Of a stretch of DNA of 64,000 bases, positions 1 to 11,232 are shown piece after piece. Location of the stretch: NCBI RefSeq assembly GCF_021028975.2, contig NC_059427.1, positions 73,656,001 to 73,720,000 on the forward strand, read 5' to 3'. The position numbers and the translations under genes are program-made. The stretch's first letter is position 1, and each line of letters begins with the position of its first letter. The DNA comes from Sphaerodactylus townsendi (taxonomy: Eukaryota). The notes beneath the pieces are model-generated. The model was not told the DNA's origin. It searched no databases and was given only the letters and a program-made list of their open reading frames with translations.

Positions 1-300
1 GCTGCTCATCCCAATTTGGTATTATCTGCAAATTTCATGAATAGTCCCCTCCACACCTTCATCCAGATCATTTATAAAAATACTGAAAAGAACCAGGCCC
101 AGAATCAGGCCCTGTGACAATTCACTAGCCACTTCTTTCTACTGAGATGAAATGTCATTGACAACTGCTTTTTGAGTGTGGTTCTTCAACCAATTCCCTA
201 TCCACCTAACCATCCTAGAGGCCAGTCCGCAGTCCTCTAGTTTACTCATCAAGACATCATGGGGAACCCTGTCAAAGGCTTTACTGAAATCCAGATATCA
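1..300 (-). mobile_element. CR1 LINE fragment (reverse-transcriptase core)
   Basis: Minus strand reads YLDFSKAFDRVPHDVLMSKL..GL..RMVRWIGNWLK...LFSIFINDLDEG..MKFADNTKLG with stops/frameshifts, matching CR1 RT motifs. Confidence 0.9.
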
Positions 301-744
301 TTTGCGACCCCAAGGAGGAGGACACCAAATGGACACTGTGCAGGAAAACCCTTGTCACTGCAGAGGGTCTGAGAGCCACTGCTAGGGAATAAAAAACTTG
401 CCCACACCCTTTTCTGTTCATCCTGAGAAATGCTGTTTCTATTGATCCAATCTGGGTTGAAGGAAGTGGATAAATCTTTCATAAAAGTGTAATTCAAGAG
501 GTATCTAATTGGATAGCTGTTCAAAATCTCTGTAGCCAAATGCTTTATCATTCATCAAGCATAGAGGACAAGTGATTCTATACATGATTTATTAATGAAT
601 TCCACACCACAGCAAAGGTATTTATATCATATAGAACAAGCATTTGACCTTCTACATATGCCTCTGCTTCAGATTGAGGGAATTTGCATTAAGCAAGTAA
701 GTAGGAAAATAATGGCAACATACCCCAGAGCAAACCCCCCCCCC

Positions 745-770
745 ACACACACACACACACATACACACAC
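745..770. repeat. (CA)n microsatellite after a C-run
   Basis: Direct reading of the sequence. Confidence 0.9.
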
Positions 771-3700
771 CTTGCTTAATGTGTTGCTCACTGTAATCCC
801 CTGGATCAAGTAGTGTACACCCAGTTACTATCATATCAATCCTCACTTCCATCATCACTACGCTGATAAGTTCAGTCATGCTTGTTTGCGCAACTACACT
901 GAAGAGAGCTTACCCAATTCTGCTACAAGGGAAATTATGCTACAGTAAAGAATACTCAACAGAGCAAGTTCAGCTGGAGACCCAAACATCAAATCAGATG
1001 CCAGTGGAGACAGGAAACACGTCAGACACAGTAGCGTAGCCACAAGTAAGGCCGTTGGCACTTTCACCAATAATCTGCAAGGCACAAGTACCAAACAGAA
1101 TGGCAATACCGGCAGACAAGCCTTAAGCAACTGCCGCAGCAAAGTATTTTAGTACAGGGTACGGAAATGAGTCTGTAACAAGTTATTTCAAGAAGCTGTT
1201 ACATTTAACACCAATTCATGTGTGTTCAATTAGCAGAGAGCACTCTAAGCCTTTCCCAACAGACTGCAGCTCCACACACTGCCTCTAAGGAATGAGTAAA
1301 GTTCACATTTAGTAGAGAAGACTCCATCCAGAGAAGACTCAGCTCCATCTTTAAAACAGAGGGCAGTGCCGTGGAGAATATTGCTTTCAGTTCCTCCACA
1401 ATTTCAACCATGTATCAAACTGTGGAAATCCTGTATGACCCACGTGTTTCCTGTTGCTATGGGGCCAATGTTCACCAGTTGGCCTGACAATCCAAGCAGC
1501 CCAGATGTTCAGTGTTTCAGAATTGTTATTTCTTTCCTTCCAAGACTGGGCAAGGCTTAATTTTTCTTTCTGTCTCTAAATTGGAAGCTCTCTTAAAATA
1601 TGGAACAACAAAAGCTGTTCTATTTATCACCTGGCCAAAACTGAGGAGGCCTACTTATATCACTTGTTCCAACTGTAAAGATAAAAGGAATGCCACAATG
1701 GCCTTTCGTTATTCTGGGGATATTCATACAGTCTGTTTTATTTAATTCAAGAAAGGCACTGGGTTAAATCAACACTAAACACAAAAATAAAAAAATTAAG
1801 GAATCACAAAAACATCCATCTAAAGGTGCTAGTCTTTAACTCCAAACCCCTGATATTTTTGGAGTAGTAATACTTAAACAGCACTGACATCTTCAAGAGT
1901 ACTTCAGGAGTGCTTCCAAACAAGTTTATGATTGCTGCCTAAAATCACTTTCACACAGTGGTAGGTAGAATGGAAATTTTTCCAATACTATATTTTTCTG
2001 TAGAAATTTTCCATTTCTTAACAGGTATTGTTCCATAAAATCAATTAGGGATGCAATGCCATTCACATTTCAGAGTCGTAATTAATCTTTTTTTTTCCCC
2101 AGGTGATTATTTCTAGAGACACAAAATATATACTAATTCTCTCTCACCTACATAAAAATTAAGTCAGATTCTGGGCTCTTTATTTGTTTTTACTAATTAA
2201 ATATTTAAATTCAATTAGCTTTGGTTTTTCCAAGAACGTTTGATATTTGTACAGCATGTAAAGTTAACATGACATAATTCCATAGTTCTGCGTACTAAAT
2301 ATAAATAAAATAAACATGTTAAATCAAGACTACTAAATATAGGATACAAAACATTTCCAGTGCAGCCCCCCCACCCCCCACCCCCCAGGCCCCAAGCCCA
2401 CATAACAGCTTTCATACAAGGAAAACAGGTCTCTTTTAAGCTCAGAACGTTGTAATTTTTCTTCCAAGGCCAGTTTTGTACTATTAGTGAGTTTACACAG
2501 TGCACAAATAGCAGATGCAATCAGCCACCCACAGTCCAGCTGCCACCTTGCCATACAGTTGCTACATGTTTAATGCATCCATAAAGCACATCTCTCTACT
2601 CAGGCCTCATACTGGGTAGAGCTAAGCTATATGAAAAACACACTGCAGACAAAATTTTGTCCCCAATTAAATAAATGAGGTCCCACTGCTTGTTACTTTT
2701 TTCCTGGAAAGAGGACTCAACAATATTTAGACAATTCAGCACCTTCTCTAAAGTCTACATTTGCTTTGATACAATGAGCATTCTCCTTTGACAGTTGATT
2801 CTCAGAAGCTGGAGTCAGGATAATGCAAGGCACCTCAAGGGTGATGCTTTCAAAAACTGAAGCTTCTAAAAAGTCAGCTGGGGTACCATGTTCCTAGAAT
2901 GATAAAAAAAAATATTCCAATTGTGTTTAGCCTGCAATTACTGCTAGGTCTTATAACCCATAAAGTACTATTTCATGGAAGAAATTACTCTGATCTTTTT
3001 GAGCTACTTATTTTGTTGCTGTTTGTGGAGATAAACATGCATTGGTGCCTTTACACGGAACATGCTTATGTGGTATTCTATATACCATCTCATGGTCTTC
3101 TAGTTCCTTGGGGGGGATCCCTTCAGCATTGTTTATGGCACCATCTATCTCTCCAACACATATACTACCTCTCCATGGAAGTGCAAGGCCTTTTCTGCAC
3201 AAGTTCTTAGAATGTTTCCTGAATGTTTTCAATCTCTCCCTTTACCATGATGTTTGTCTGCACTCACTTCCTCCAAACTTTTCATGGTCATTGTAATTTT
3301 TTTTGCTTTTTTAATTGAAATGATACTTTGTTGATTCATTGATTTGATGCTTTGTAGATTGTTTAATCAATGCTTCGTTGATCCACCCAAACAGTAAAAG
3401 CAACAACCCTGCGCGCAATTATGTAAATGAAGAGGTGAGTGGGAATGGAGTGAGGTGAGGGACATTAAAAAAAGGGCAGACCAGGCACCAAGGGTAAGAA
3501 AAAGTTATTTGGAAATATTTCCAAAACCGGGGGTGGGGGGGTGCAGAACACAGAGGAAATGTTTTATTTCAGGGTTGGAAATGTTGTAAATGGGATGTGC
3601 CGAAAAGGCCCAGGTATTGCATGGCATGCAGACTCATGGTGCCAAAGCCCCAGTGGCAAATTCAGGTCAATGAAATCAGTAACCCACACACCCTGATCAA

Positions 3701-5269
3701 AGTGGTGTCATTAGGTAGAGCTCAGTGTGCCAGAGAGAAAGACTTATTAGGTAGGTTTCCTCAGCACTATCCCATATTCATACCTGCAGAACAAACTTGT
3801 CTCTCCAGAAGGTAACCATGACATCCTTCATGAGAAATCAATTGTAGGCTACATTATTATTTTATTTTATTTTGCTTTGCAACCTCAGTTTCACCTTCAC
3901 CCTGCTTTCACTAACGTTAATAAACTCATTTTTCATTTGCAAAAATCATATGAAGAGTTATGTGATCAGAATATGAAAGACCCATCACGACTCCAGCACT
4001 AGTGGCTATGTTTTACTCATGCATATTTTGAAGTCCACTTGCACTGAGAAAAGTACTGCAGGCGTTCCATAGAAAGTAAAGGCAAGGCTGGTAGAGGTCA
4101 AAAAGGAGCTTCCTCACATCTCAGAGCAGCCATGATTGAAAAAGTTGGTATTCAGAAGAGAGCACCTGAAAGCATCCTTATATGCTGTAATACCAGAAGC
4201 AAACATTTCACTGCAAAATAAAGCAAAACTTCTTTGTATCCTCTTGTGTTGCTCTCTTGAGAAGTGCCCATGTTACTCAGTTTTTCCTTAGATGCAGGAA
4301 GTGTTTTCCATTTCCATTATGTATTTAAAATATTTTTAGTCAGCCTGCTTTTCTGTAGTTACAGATTAATGTTTACAGCAGTGGGGAGAGTGTACGCCTT
4401 TATCGCTCGTGCCATTGAACATGTTCACTTATTGTCTGTCCCTTCACCAAAGAAATCTGTTGTTTGAATTAACTTTTCAAAGGAAAAATCCAGGACAGAA
4501 ACAATAACCAAACATGACAACTGTGATTGAACATTGCCTCAGGACAACAGCAAGTGCTGAGGCAACAGCCAAGTGCACTGCACCATCTATTCTTGTTCCA
4601 TTCAACTCTAAATTAACTGCCAAGAGTAGAAGAGAAAGATGATTACAGATGAGAATGATTCACAGTAGCCAAGTTCTTCCCCTTAGAGCAAGCATTCATC
4701 CACCATTTAGCTCCTAACTCATCTGTTGTACTACGTGATTTCTTAGAAAATAACTAACACTTGATTTACTGAAGAAGGGAACTCCCCCCCCCCCCAATAT
4801 AAATATATATAAAGGTGACATTACAAACCCCAGCAGACTTCACCTCTTAGTTTTGTTTTCCTGGTAAATAAAGTACTCATCAAGTGATTGCTCTGCAAAC
4901 TTCATTCAACAGAGGTAATTTAACACTGCAATTTTAAACTGACAGCTGAGAGCTTTAAGTGAAGACAAGTAATGCTTTTTTCTGATAGATCTGTCCCATG
5001 GCAGGTGATTCCTTGTTTCCTGTTGGACCTTGCTGATTATTTTTTCTACATTCCCTAATAAGTACTGTGATTTTAAAAACACTTAATGTAAATTTTACTG
5101 GTGATCAGAAGGGCTGAAACAGATGATAATATCAGAGAACATAGCCATTAATAGTGGATTATGTAGAAAGCTTTAGAAGGTAGCTGAAGTACATATACCT
5201 GTGTTAAGCACTCAGTAATTATATGCCATGTGACAGTGAGCAAAGATGTCCATCCCGTCGGCAGTCCTT

Positions 5270-7120
5270 GACTTCCAAGCAAGAGACAATGTCTGTTTCT
5301 TCGTTCTGGAATTAGGGTCAGACTAGTGAATTATCGCCACCAGTCATAAATTCAATTGCATGATTCCTCTGAAAAACTCAGAAGCAACTGCAGTTCAGCT
5401 CTCCCCGCCGGATGTCCCCCTATTCCTCAACGAAGACTACATCATCAATCAAAATGACTAAGAGGAATTTCATCTACACCTGAGGAGAGATAACCTTGCT
5501 GGTGAACTTATGGCTTGTCTCTAAGAGCTACAATTGGAATTTAACGAGATATAAAACTCAAGACAAGACCCCAAACTATTTGGATTGAGGGATGTAGATT
5601 TTCTTCTTTATTGAAGAGTATTCATATTGAGCTTTTTTCCTTAATGTTTTTTAATGGACTGGAGGGTGGAATTTGGTTTTTTAAAATTGTGACAAAAGTG
5701 CCTTTGGGAAAAAAGTGTTAATCTGGACAGATAAAGTTCTTGTTGCTTACGAATGTGACCTTGCAACAGTAAGATTAAGAACAGAGTATTATGGAATATG
5801 ATAGTTCTGCTGAATCACAAACTATAAGCTGTGGAAGCCTGTAAACTTTCAACTCTGAACTGTAAATATAGGGGATAAAGGGTGAAACGTACTGGAGAAG
5901 ATTCAGAATCTCTGTTGGAGAGAATTTACCAGTATAAAACTTAACACTTTTTAAATTCTGAGAAAGTTATAAATCTGTGGAATATTGGGACAATAGAGTT
6001 ACAGAGCTCTCTGGACTCAGGGAAGAGAAATTACAAATAGTGACCTAAAAGGGCTCGCAAGCAAGAGGACATTGTAAAGAAATACTTTGAACAATTCTCA
6101 GCTGAATTATTGGAGCAGAGGATGACATTATTTGAGTAGAGAATCAACCAAAAACATGATCATGTAGATTAAAAAATAGAGATTTGGAAAGAAGAACTCA
6201 CAGAACAATTTAAGAAACTTGAAACTTCTGTGAATGATTTAATGATATTAAGCAGACTACTCAGTTGGTGAACAAACAATTTAAAGCAAGATTTTGAAAA
6301 ATAGACAATATCACTTTGTATGAGCTTAGACAAAAAGAATTTTCTCTAAGGCTCAGAAATATGCCAGAAATTTCAGGAGAAAATACCAGTCAAAGGATTA
6401 TATCTGCTCTTGCAGATTGTATGGAAATGGCAAAAAATGAGATTGAGTTGGAGACTGACAAAGTATACAGAGTTCTCAAATTTGCTGAGAGGAGAAAACT
6501 GCCAAGGGATATATTTGTTCAGTTTGTGAGAAGACGGATGAGAGAGGCAATTTTGCAACAATATTTTGATACAAAGCTGAAAACGGATGAAGTGGATATA
6601 ATAGTTCTGAAAGTAGTACCTATCAGTGGTACCCTGGTGGGCCAATGCGAGTAGCACAGTGCTGGACTAGATGAACTCTGGTCTGATCCAGCAGGCTTGT
6701 TCTTATGTTCTTAAAATAATATGTAAAAAAGATCCCAGTTGAGAAGTTCACCACAAATTATCGAGAAATACTGAATTAAAATATATCGATGTAGAAACTG
6801 ACATAGGCAATTTAAAAAAATTGAAGAAAGGTGACTACCAGATGGCTTAACCACAGAGAAAATAAATTTAATATTACTTGAAGTGATGAACTCCATCAAT
6901 TCTTCTGATAACTTACTATCTTCATTGCAGGAGGCATCTATAACAGTGATTCAGAAAGAACGGAATGATCCAATGCAGTCATGCAGTGCAGACTCATTTC
7001 TTTATTGAATGTAGATTACAAACTTTTTACAACAATATTGACAATTAGATTGAGACAATACACAATCTAATTCATGAAAATCAAACTGGATTTATCCCCA
7101 AAAGATATATGAAGGAAGTG
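5270..7120 (+). mobile_element. Degraded L1-clade LINE: 5'UTR, ORF1 and RT N-terminal fragment
   Basis: ORF 6316-6654 (LRLRNMPE..ENT..IISALAD..DKVYRV..KLPRDIFVQF) resembles the L1 ORF1p RRM. 6835-7115 reads PDG...LQEASITVIQK..DP..RLISLLNVDYKLFTTIL..RL..LIHENQTGFIPKR, an L1 RT start. The 5' boundary is approximate. Confidence 0.85.
6632..6713 (+). mobile_element. CR1 3' UTR fragment within the L1
   Basis: ctggtgggcc..gctggactagatgaactctggtctgatccagcaggcttgttcttatgttctta matches the reverse complement of the CR1 tail at 28391-28480. Confidence 0.85.
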
Positions 7121-7479
7121 ATGTTACTAGAATAAAAAGTCTTGTGGCTCCTTAAAGACAAATAAATATACTGTGGCATAAAATTTTGTGAGGCAGACTT
7201 CACTTTCCTAGGTACATAAAAGGTCTTCCATAGTTGGCAGAAAATTATACACACCCACATAGTACACATGGAAGAGAGGGTAGAGGGCTGAGAGATGATA
7301 AAGCAAAATAAAATAGTGACACAATGCATTATATTACTGTGCAAAGCACACATATGAAAAAAGATTCAGTCAAAAGAATAAAAGTTACCACTGGAGTGAG
7401 TGTGCATCACTTTCCACTTATGATAAATGGGCAAATTAAAGAGATTAAATAAATCTCTAATGAGGGACAATTACTGTCT

Positions 7480-7605
7480 GTAGCAGTTCCACAATCTATT
7501 GAGCCAGTTTCAGGCCGACATATGAATTCCAGCTTAGGAGTTTTATGAAGGAATCTCCCTTCAAGGCTTTTTTATTGAAATTTGGCAACACTTAAGTATG
7601 ACTGT
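7480..7605 (-). mobile_element. Old Penelope-like element fragment (GIY-YIG C-terminus)
   Basis: Minus strand reads L.VAKFQ*KS..GR...T.KLEFIC, then GLNR after a frameshift. This resembles the LKVAILQQKNF..RL.RE.AELEFI..GLNRD end of reptile PLE ORFs. Confidence 0.5.
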
Positions 7606-8660
7606 GTCAGGAGGCCTGTTATTAAGGGGATTTTGCTTTTGCTGCTTTCTGTATGCTGAGGGTGGAGGAATGGGTTAATTGCATTTCTAACTGACTTTCC
7701 TCTGTCTTCTGTATGATGTTATACTGTACCAGGTGCTGCCCAAGATCAGTGCCTGGCTGTCTTCACCGTTATCTCATTTACAGTCCTTTTGGGCATGCAT
7801 TCCCACAATGGGGGGTGGGGGGTGGTGCACTCTGCTTTAACTATTGGGGTTTGTGCGGGCAAACCTTAGTTCTGGCATTGACCAGAGAAGGTCTCAATAC
7901 TCAATAAACTGCTGTTCTTTTACATTAGTTTGTTTCAGTTTTTGGGATTCTGACAGACTGCCCAAGAAGGCTGGAATACTCCTCCCACTGGTTTTTAGCA
8001 TTTCCACTTTTAATGTCTTGTGTGTGCAATACCAGAGATGTACTTCAGATGGCTGTTATAAAAGTAAAACCCTCTAAAGAATACCAGCTGCTCAACAAGA
8101 ACAGTAGTGGATGCGGTAAATACCTGGGCAAACAGCCTGCCTCTTAATACTAAGGACATGAGCTTGGATAGTTCCAGTTCTCATCATTCAACTGGAAAAA
8201 AAATTCAAATTCCTAATTTCCTGTTTACTTGCAGCACAGATGCTTCAAGGCAGGTTTCAAGCCAGTTTGAGGAATGGATTCTGTACTGCTGATATGGTTT
8301 TCAATTCCATATAACCCTTTCACAGAAGGTAGTTGAGACTGATCTATGGGTTCCTCCTTGACCAGTGGGCTTCAACTGATATCCATAATTTCAAGCATTA
8401 AAGAGCAATTGACAGGACAGTGTAACTTCGTAGTTATATAGAAAAAATTACTTATTTTATATTCTTCCTTTTCTCGTGGCTCAGGGTAGCTCACAAATAG
8501 TTAAAATATTAAAATTTACTTCCAAACCCCCAGATATGCCTGTACTCTATAACCCACTGAAAAATCCTGCACCTCCTGCAGATTTCGAATGACAGCGCTT
8601 CCCTTACCTTCTCAGGGAACCCATTTTACAAATTAAATGGGTATAATAGAATGCCTGTAA

Positions 8661-8925
8661 TATTTTATTTTATTTATTTATTTATTAGATTTTTATACCG
8701 CCCTATCCCCGAGGGGCTCCGGGCGGTGTACAACAATAAACATAATAAAATGGCAAAATCTTTAAAAGCTGCGATAAAACAGTAAAAGCTAAATCTTATA
8801 AATACAATACAATAAAATACAATAAAAATACAATAATAAATATAATACAATAAAAATACAATAATAAATATAAATGGCATCCAGCTGCTCCGTAATAGAA
8901 TGGCATCCAGCTGCTCCGTAATAGA
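8661..8925 (-). mobile_element. L2 LINE 3' UTR/tail
   Basis: Minus strand ends ccgcccggagcccctcggggatagggcggtataaaaatc(taaa)n, the same terminal stem-loop as the L2 at 20310. AT-rich UTR. Confidence 0.8.
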
Positions 8926-9007
8926 AAATACCTGGTTGATGCCTGGCAGCCACCTTAAGTGGGATAAGAGCCAGTAAATGGCAGCCTGAGGACCAGAGTT
9001 GTCATGT

Positions 9008-9205
9008 AGGAAGGGAGGACCTGTGGCTTTGCATGCAGGAGGTCCCAGGTCCAATCCCTAGCACTGGAGATGTGGAGACACGATCTTATCCTTTTATCTG
9101 GACATGCCAGGGACTGAACTTGGGACCTTTTGGAGAGCTGTTGCCTTTGGCCTTGATGGACCAAAGATCTGATTCAGTAGAAGACGTCAGCGTCATATGT
9201 GTTCC
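9008..9205 (+). mobile_element. tRNA-derived SINE with CR1-like tail (Squam2-like)
   Basis: ctttgcatgcaggaggtcccaggtccaatccc (B-box-like head), followed by gagagctgttgcc..ccttgatggaccaaagatctgattcagt. Confidence 0.6.
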
Positions 9206-9365
9206 TGCGTGCATTCACAGAAGCATATAGAAAGAGAGAGTGCTTTAGCTTTGTATGTCCTGAGGGTTTTAGAGATCATAACCAGCACCTTGAATTGAGT
9301 CGGGGGGGCGGGGGGGGGGAACAGGGCTGGCAGTCAATGTATCCCTTTTAAGATGTTCAAAATGC

Positions 9366-9770
9366 AAGTGTGGTGTAGTGGTTAAGCGTGGCACACTCTA
9401 ATCTGGAGAACTGGGTTTGATTCCCAACTCTTCTGCATGAGCAGCAGACTAATCTGCTAAAATTGGTTGTTAATAAGCGATCTTAATTTAATGATGTAAT
9501 ATATAGTTTTTACTCTTTTAACCTTTTCATATTTTTTCTTGTGTATTAATAACATGCCATTAAAGGTTTATTGTATTGTATTGACTCTAATCCGGTGTAC
9601 CAGGTTTGATCCCCGACTCATCCACATGGAGCCTGCTGGGTGACCCTGGGCTAGTCACAGTTCTCTTCAAACTCTCATCCCCATCTACTGTATATGGTGT
9701 CTTTTGTGGGGAGGGAAAACAAAGTTGATTGTAAGCCACTCTGAGACTCTTTAAAGGTAGGGGAAGGTGG
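9366..9770 (+). mobile_element. Squam3/MIR-like tRNA SINE, interrupted by a LINE tail at 9457-9582
   Basis: A-box tggtgtagtggtt, B-box ggtttgattccc, core gctgggtgaccctgggctagtcac, and tail tgtaagccactctgagactc. Confidence 0.8.
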
Positions 9771-10590
9771 TGTTATCATACTGCCCTGGGGCAGGGGGTG
9801 CTTCTCAGGTACCCCTGCCCACTTGCCAGCCTAAGAAGAGTGATGTTGGCATTGCAGAGATGAGAAGACCATTCTCTGGCAATAGCCAGGTCAGCCTAAA
9901 ATAATTGTTTTCCGATTCTCATGCTCTTAGTCTGCTTGTTATGTCAGCACATTTTTAGTGCATAGCCAAGGAAGAATGTGTTCTCAACATGATACAATAG
10001 CCCTGTTGAAAGGATACTCATTTCCAGCTACAAGAAGACTCCTGATGTCATTGCCTTCCTTGATTATCTTAACCCCGATAATCCCTTCTGCAACTAACTC
10101 CTTTTGACCACCTTACAGTACACTCCATTGTTTTTCCAACAATCCACCCGGACACCTCCCAGAGGTTGTCCTGACTTCCCCCCAAGGGTTGTCCTGACAC
10201 CCCCAGAGGTGGTCCTTCCCCCATAAATCCCCCATCCTCCAAAAAGTCATTGCCTAGTGCTGTTGACACCTTTCTGTCTTTGTCACTGTACCCACCGCAT
10301 TGCACCCTCCCCCCCCCCCCCGGAACCAGATGCTAGTCATTTGGCTATGGACCCTAGATCTTCTTCACTTCATGATCAGGTCATATTACCCATATACCCC
10401 ATACCCTTTTTCTATTTAAAATCTATCTATTTCCAACCTACCTATATCTTAGGAACTCTGAGCGTGCATGTTTACTGAATTAAATGCTGAACCCCTTAAC
10501 TCTACAATAAAGACTGTCAAGTTTCCATCATATTCCTCTCTGTGGATTTTCTTCTAAGAGCTGATCTTCTTGTATACTGGTATTAAAGAC
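9771..10590 (+). mobile_element. Probable solo LTR inserted in the SINE tail
   Basis: Starts TGT; TATA-like tatttaaaa at ~10412 and AATAAA at ~10507. SINE-tail-like tataatccaact resumes afterwards. No TSD or terminal CA resolved. Confidence 0.45.
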
Positions 10591-11137
10591 TCTATAATCC
10601 AACTACAAATTTACAAAAGCATGGATTAGTGTGGCCAGGCCAGAGGTGGAGTGAAAGGAAACTGCTCCTCTGCCCCTGCTGTGGCATTGCCCGTCATGCC
10701 CTGCCATGTTCCCACAACACCCGCCACACCTCTGCCACTGCTCCGCCCAGGGCACCCCCCCCCCCGCCTCGTGGGTGCTACACCACTGGGCCAGGCTGGA
10801 TGAGTTCAAGAAAGGAGAGAGTTGGCAAACCAAGTGCAGATGATAGAAGGCCACAATGCTAACCTGACAACCTTAGCAAGAAAACTAGACAGTTCAGAAC
10901 TAGGTCCTCCATGCACATGTGTGTAACCAAAATATTACGAACACAGGTTTGCTAAGTGGAACAGAAACTGCAGAATTATTTCAAGTCAGCCCTCTGCTGA
11001 AGGATACTGATTAAGCTGCAAAGCTGTAAAAAAAAAGCAAAACAAAAACCTGTTGGGTCAAACTCTTCAATGTCTTCTGTCTTCCAGGCAGTCAGCAGTA
11101 AGGATCCAATGCAGGAACATACTCAGAAAGAGGGAGG

Positions 11138-11232
11138 ATCCTCTGAAGATGCCAGCCACAGATGCAGGTGAAACATCAGGAGAAAATGCTACTGGAACAC
11201 AGCCATACAGCCCAGAAACTCCACAACACCCC
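11138..11232 (+). mobile_element. Penelope-like pLTR micro-insertion with minimal hammerhead ribozyme motif
   Basis: CTGAAGA-stemII-GAAAC-ATC core, then ggccatacagccc/ccacaacaccc-type PLE end. Flanked by the direct repeat agagggagg (11129-11137 / 11233-11241). Confidence 0.75.

Noticed and set aside
894-1142. Hydrophobic 82-aa minus ORF, and a TM-like plus-frame stretch at ~825-1035
   Set aside because: No recognisable family, no ATG start or convincing splice sites, and in-frame stops on both sides.
2700-3380. Possible very old L1 ORF1 remnant on the minus strand (ELEDHEMVYRIP)
   Set aside because: Similarity is too weak to call without a profile search.
6316-6654. Domesticated L1TD1-like gene
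   Set aside because: The upstream coiled-coil part has stops and frameshifts, and decayed RT follows; this is an ordinary dead L1.
9366-9440. tRNA genes (also 14270, 27578, 29263)
   Set aside because: Only degenerate A/B boxes continuing into SINE bodies; no full cloverleaf.
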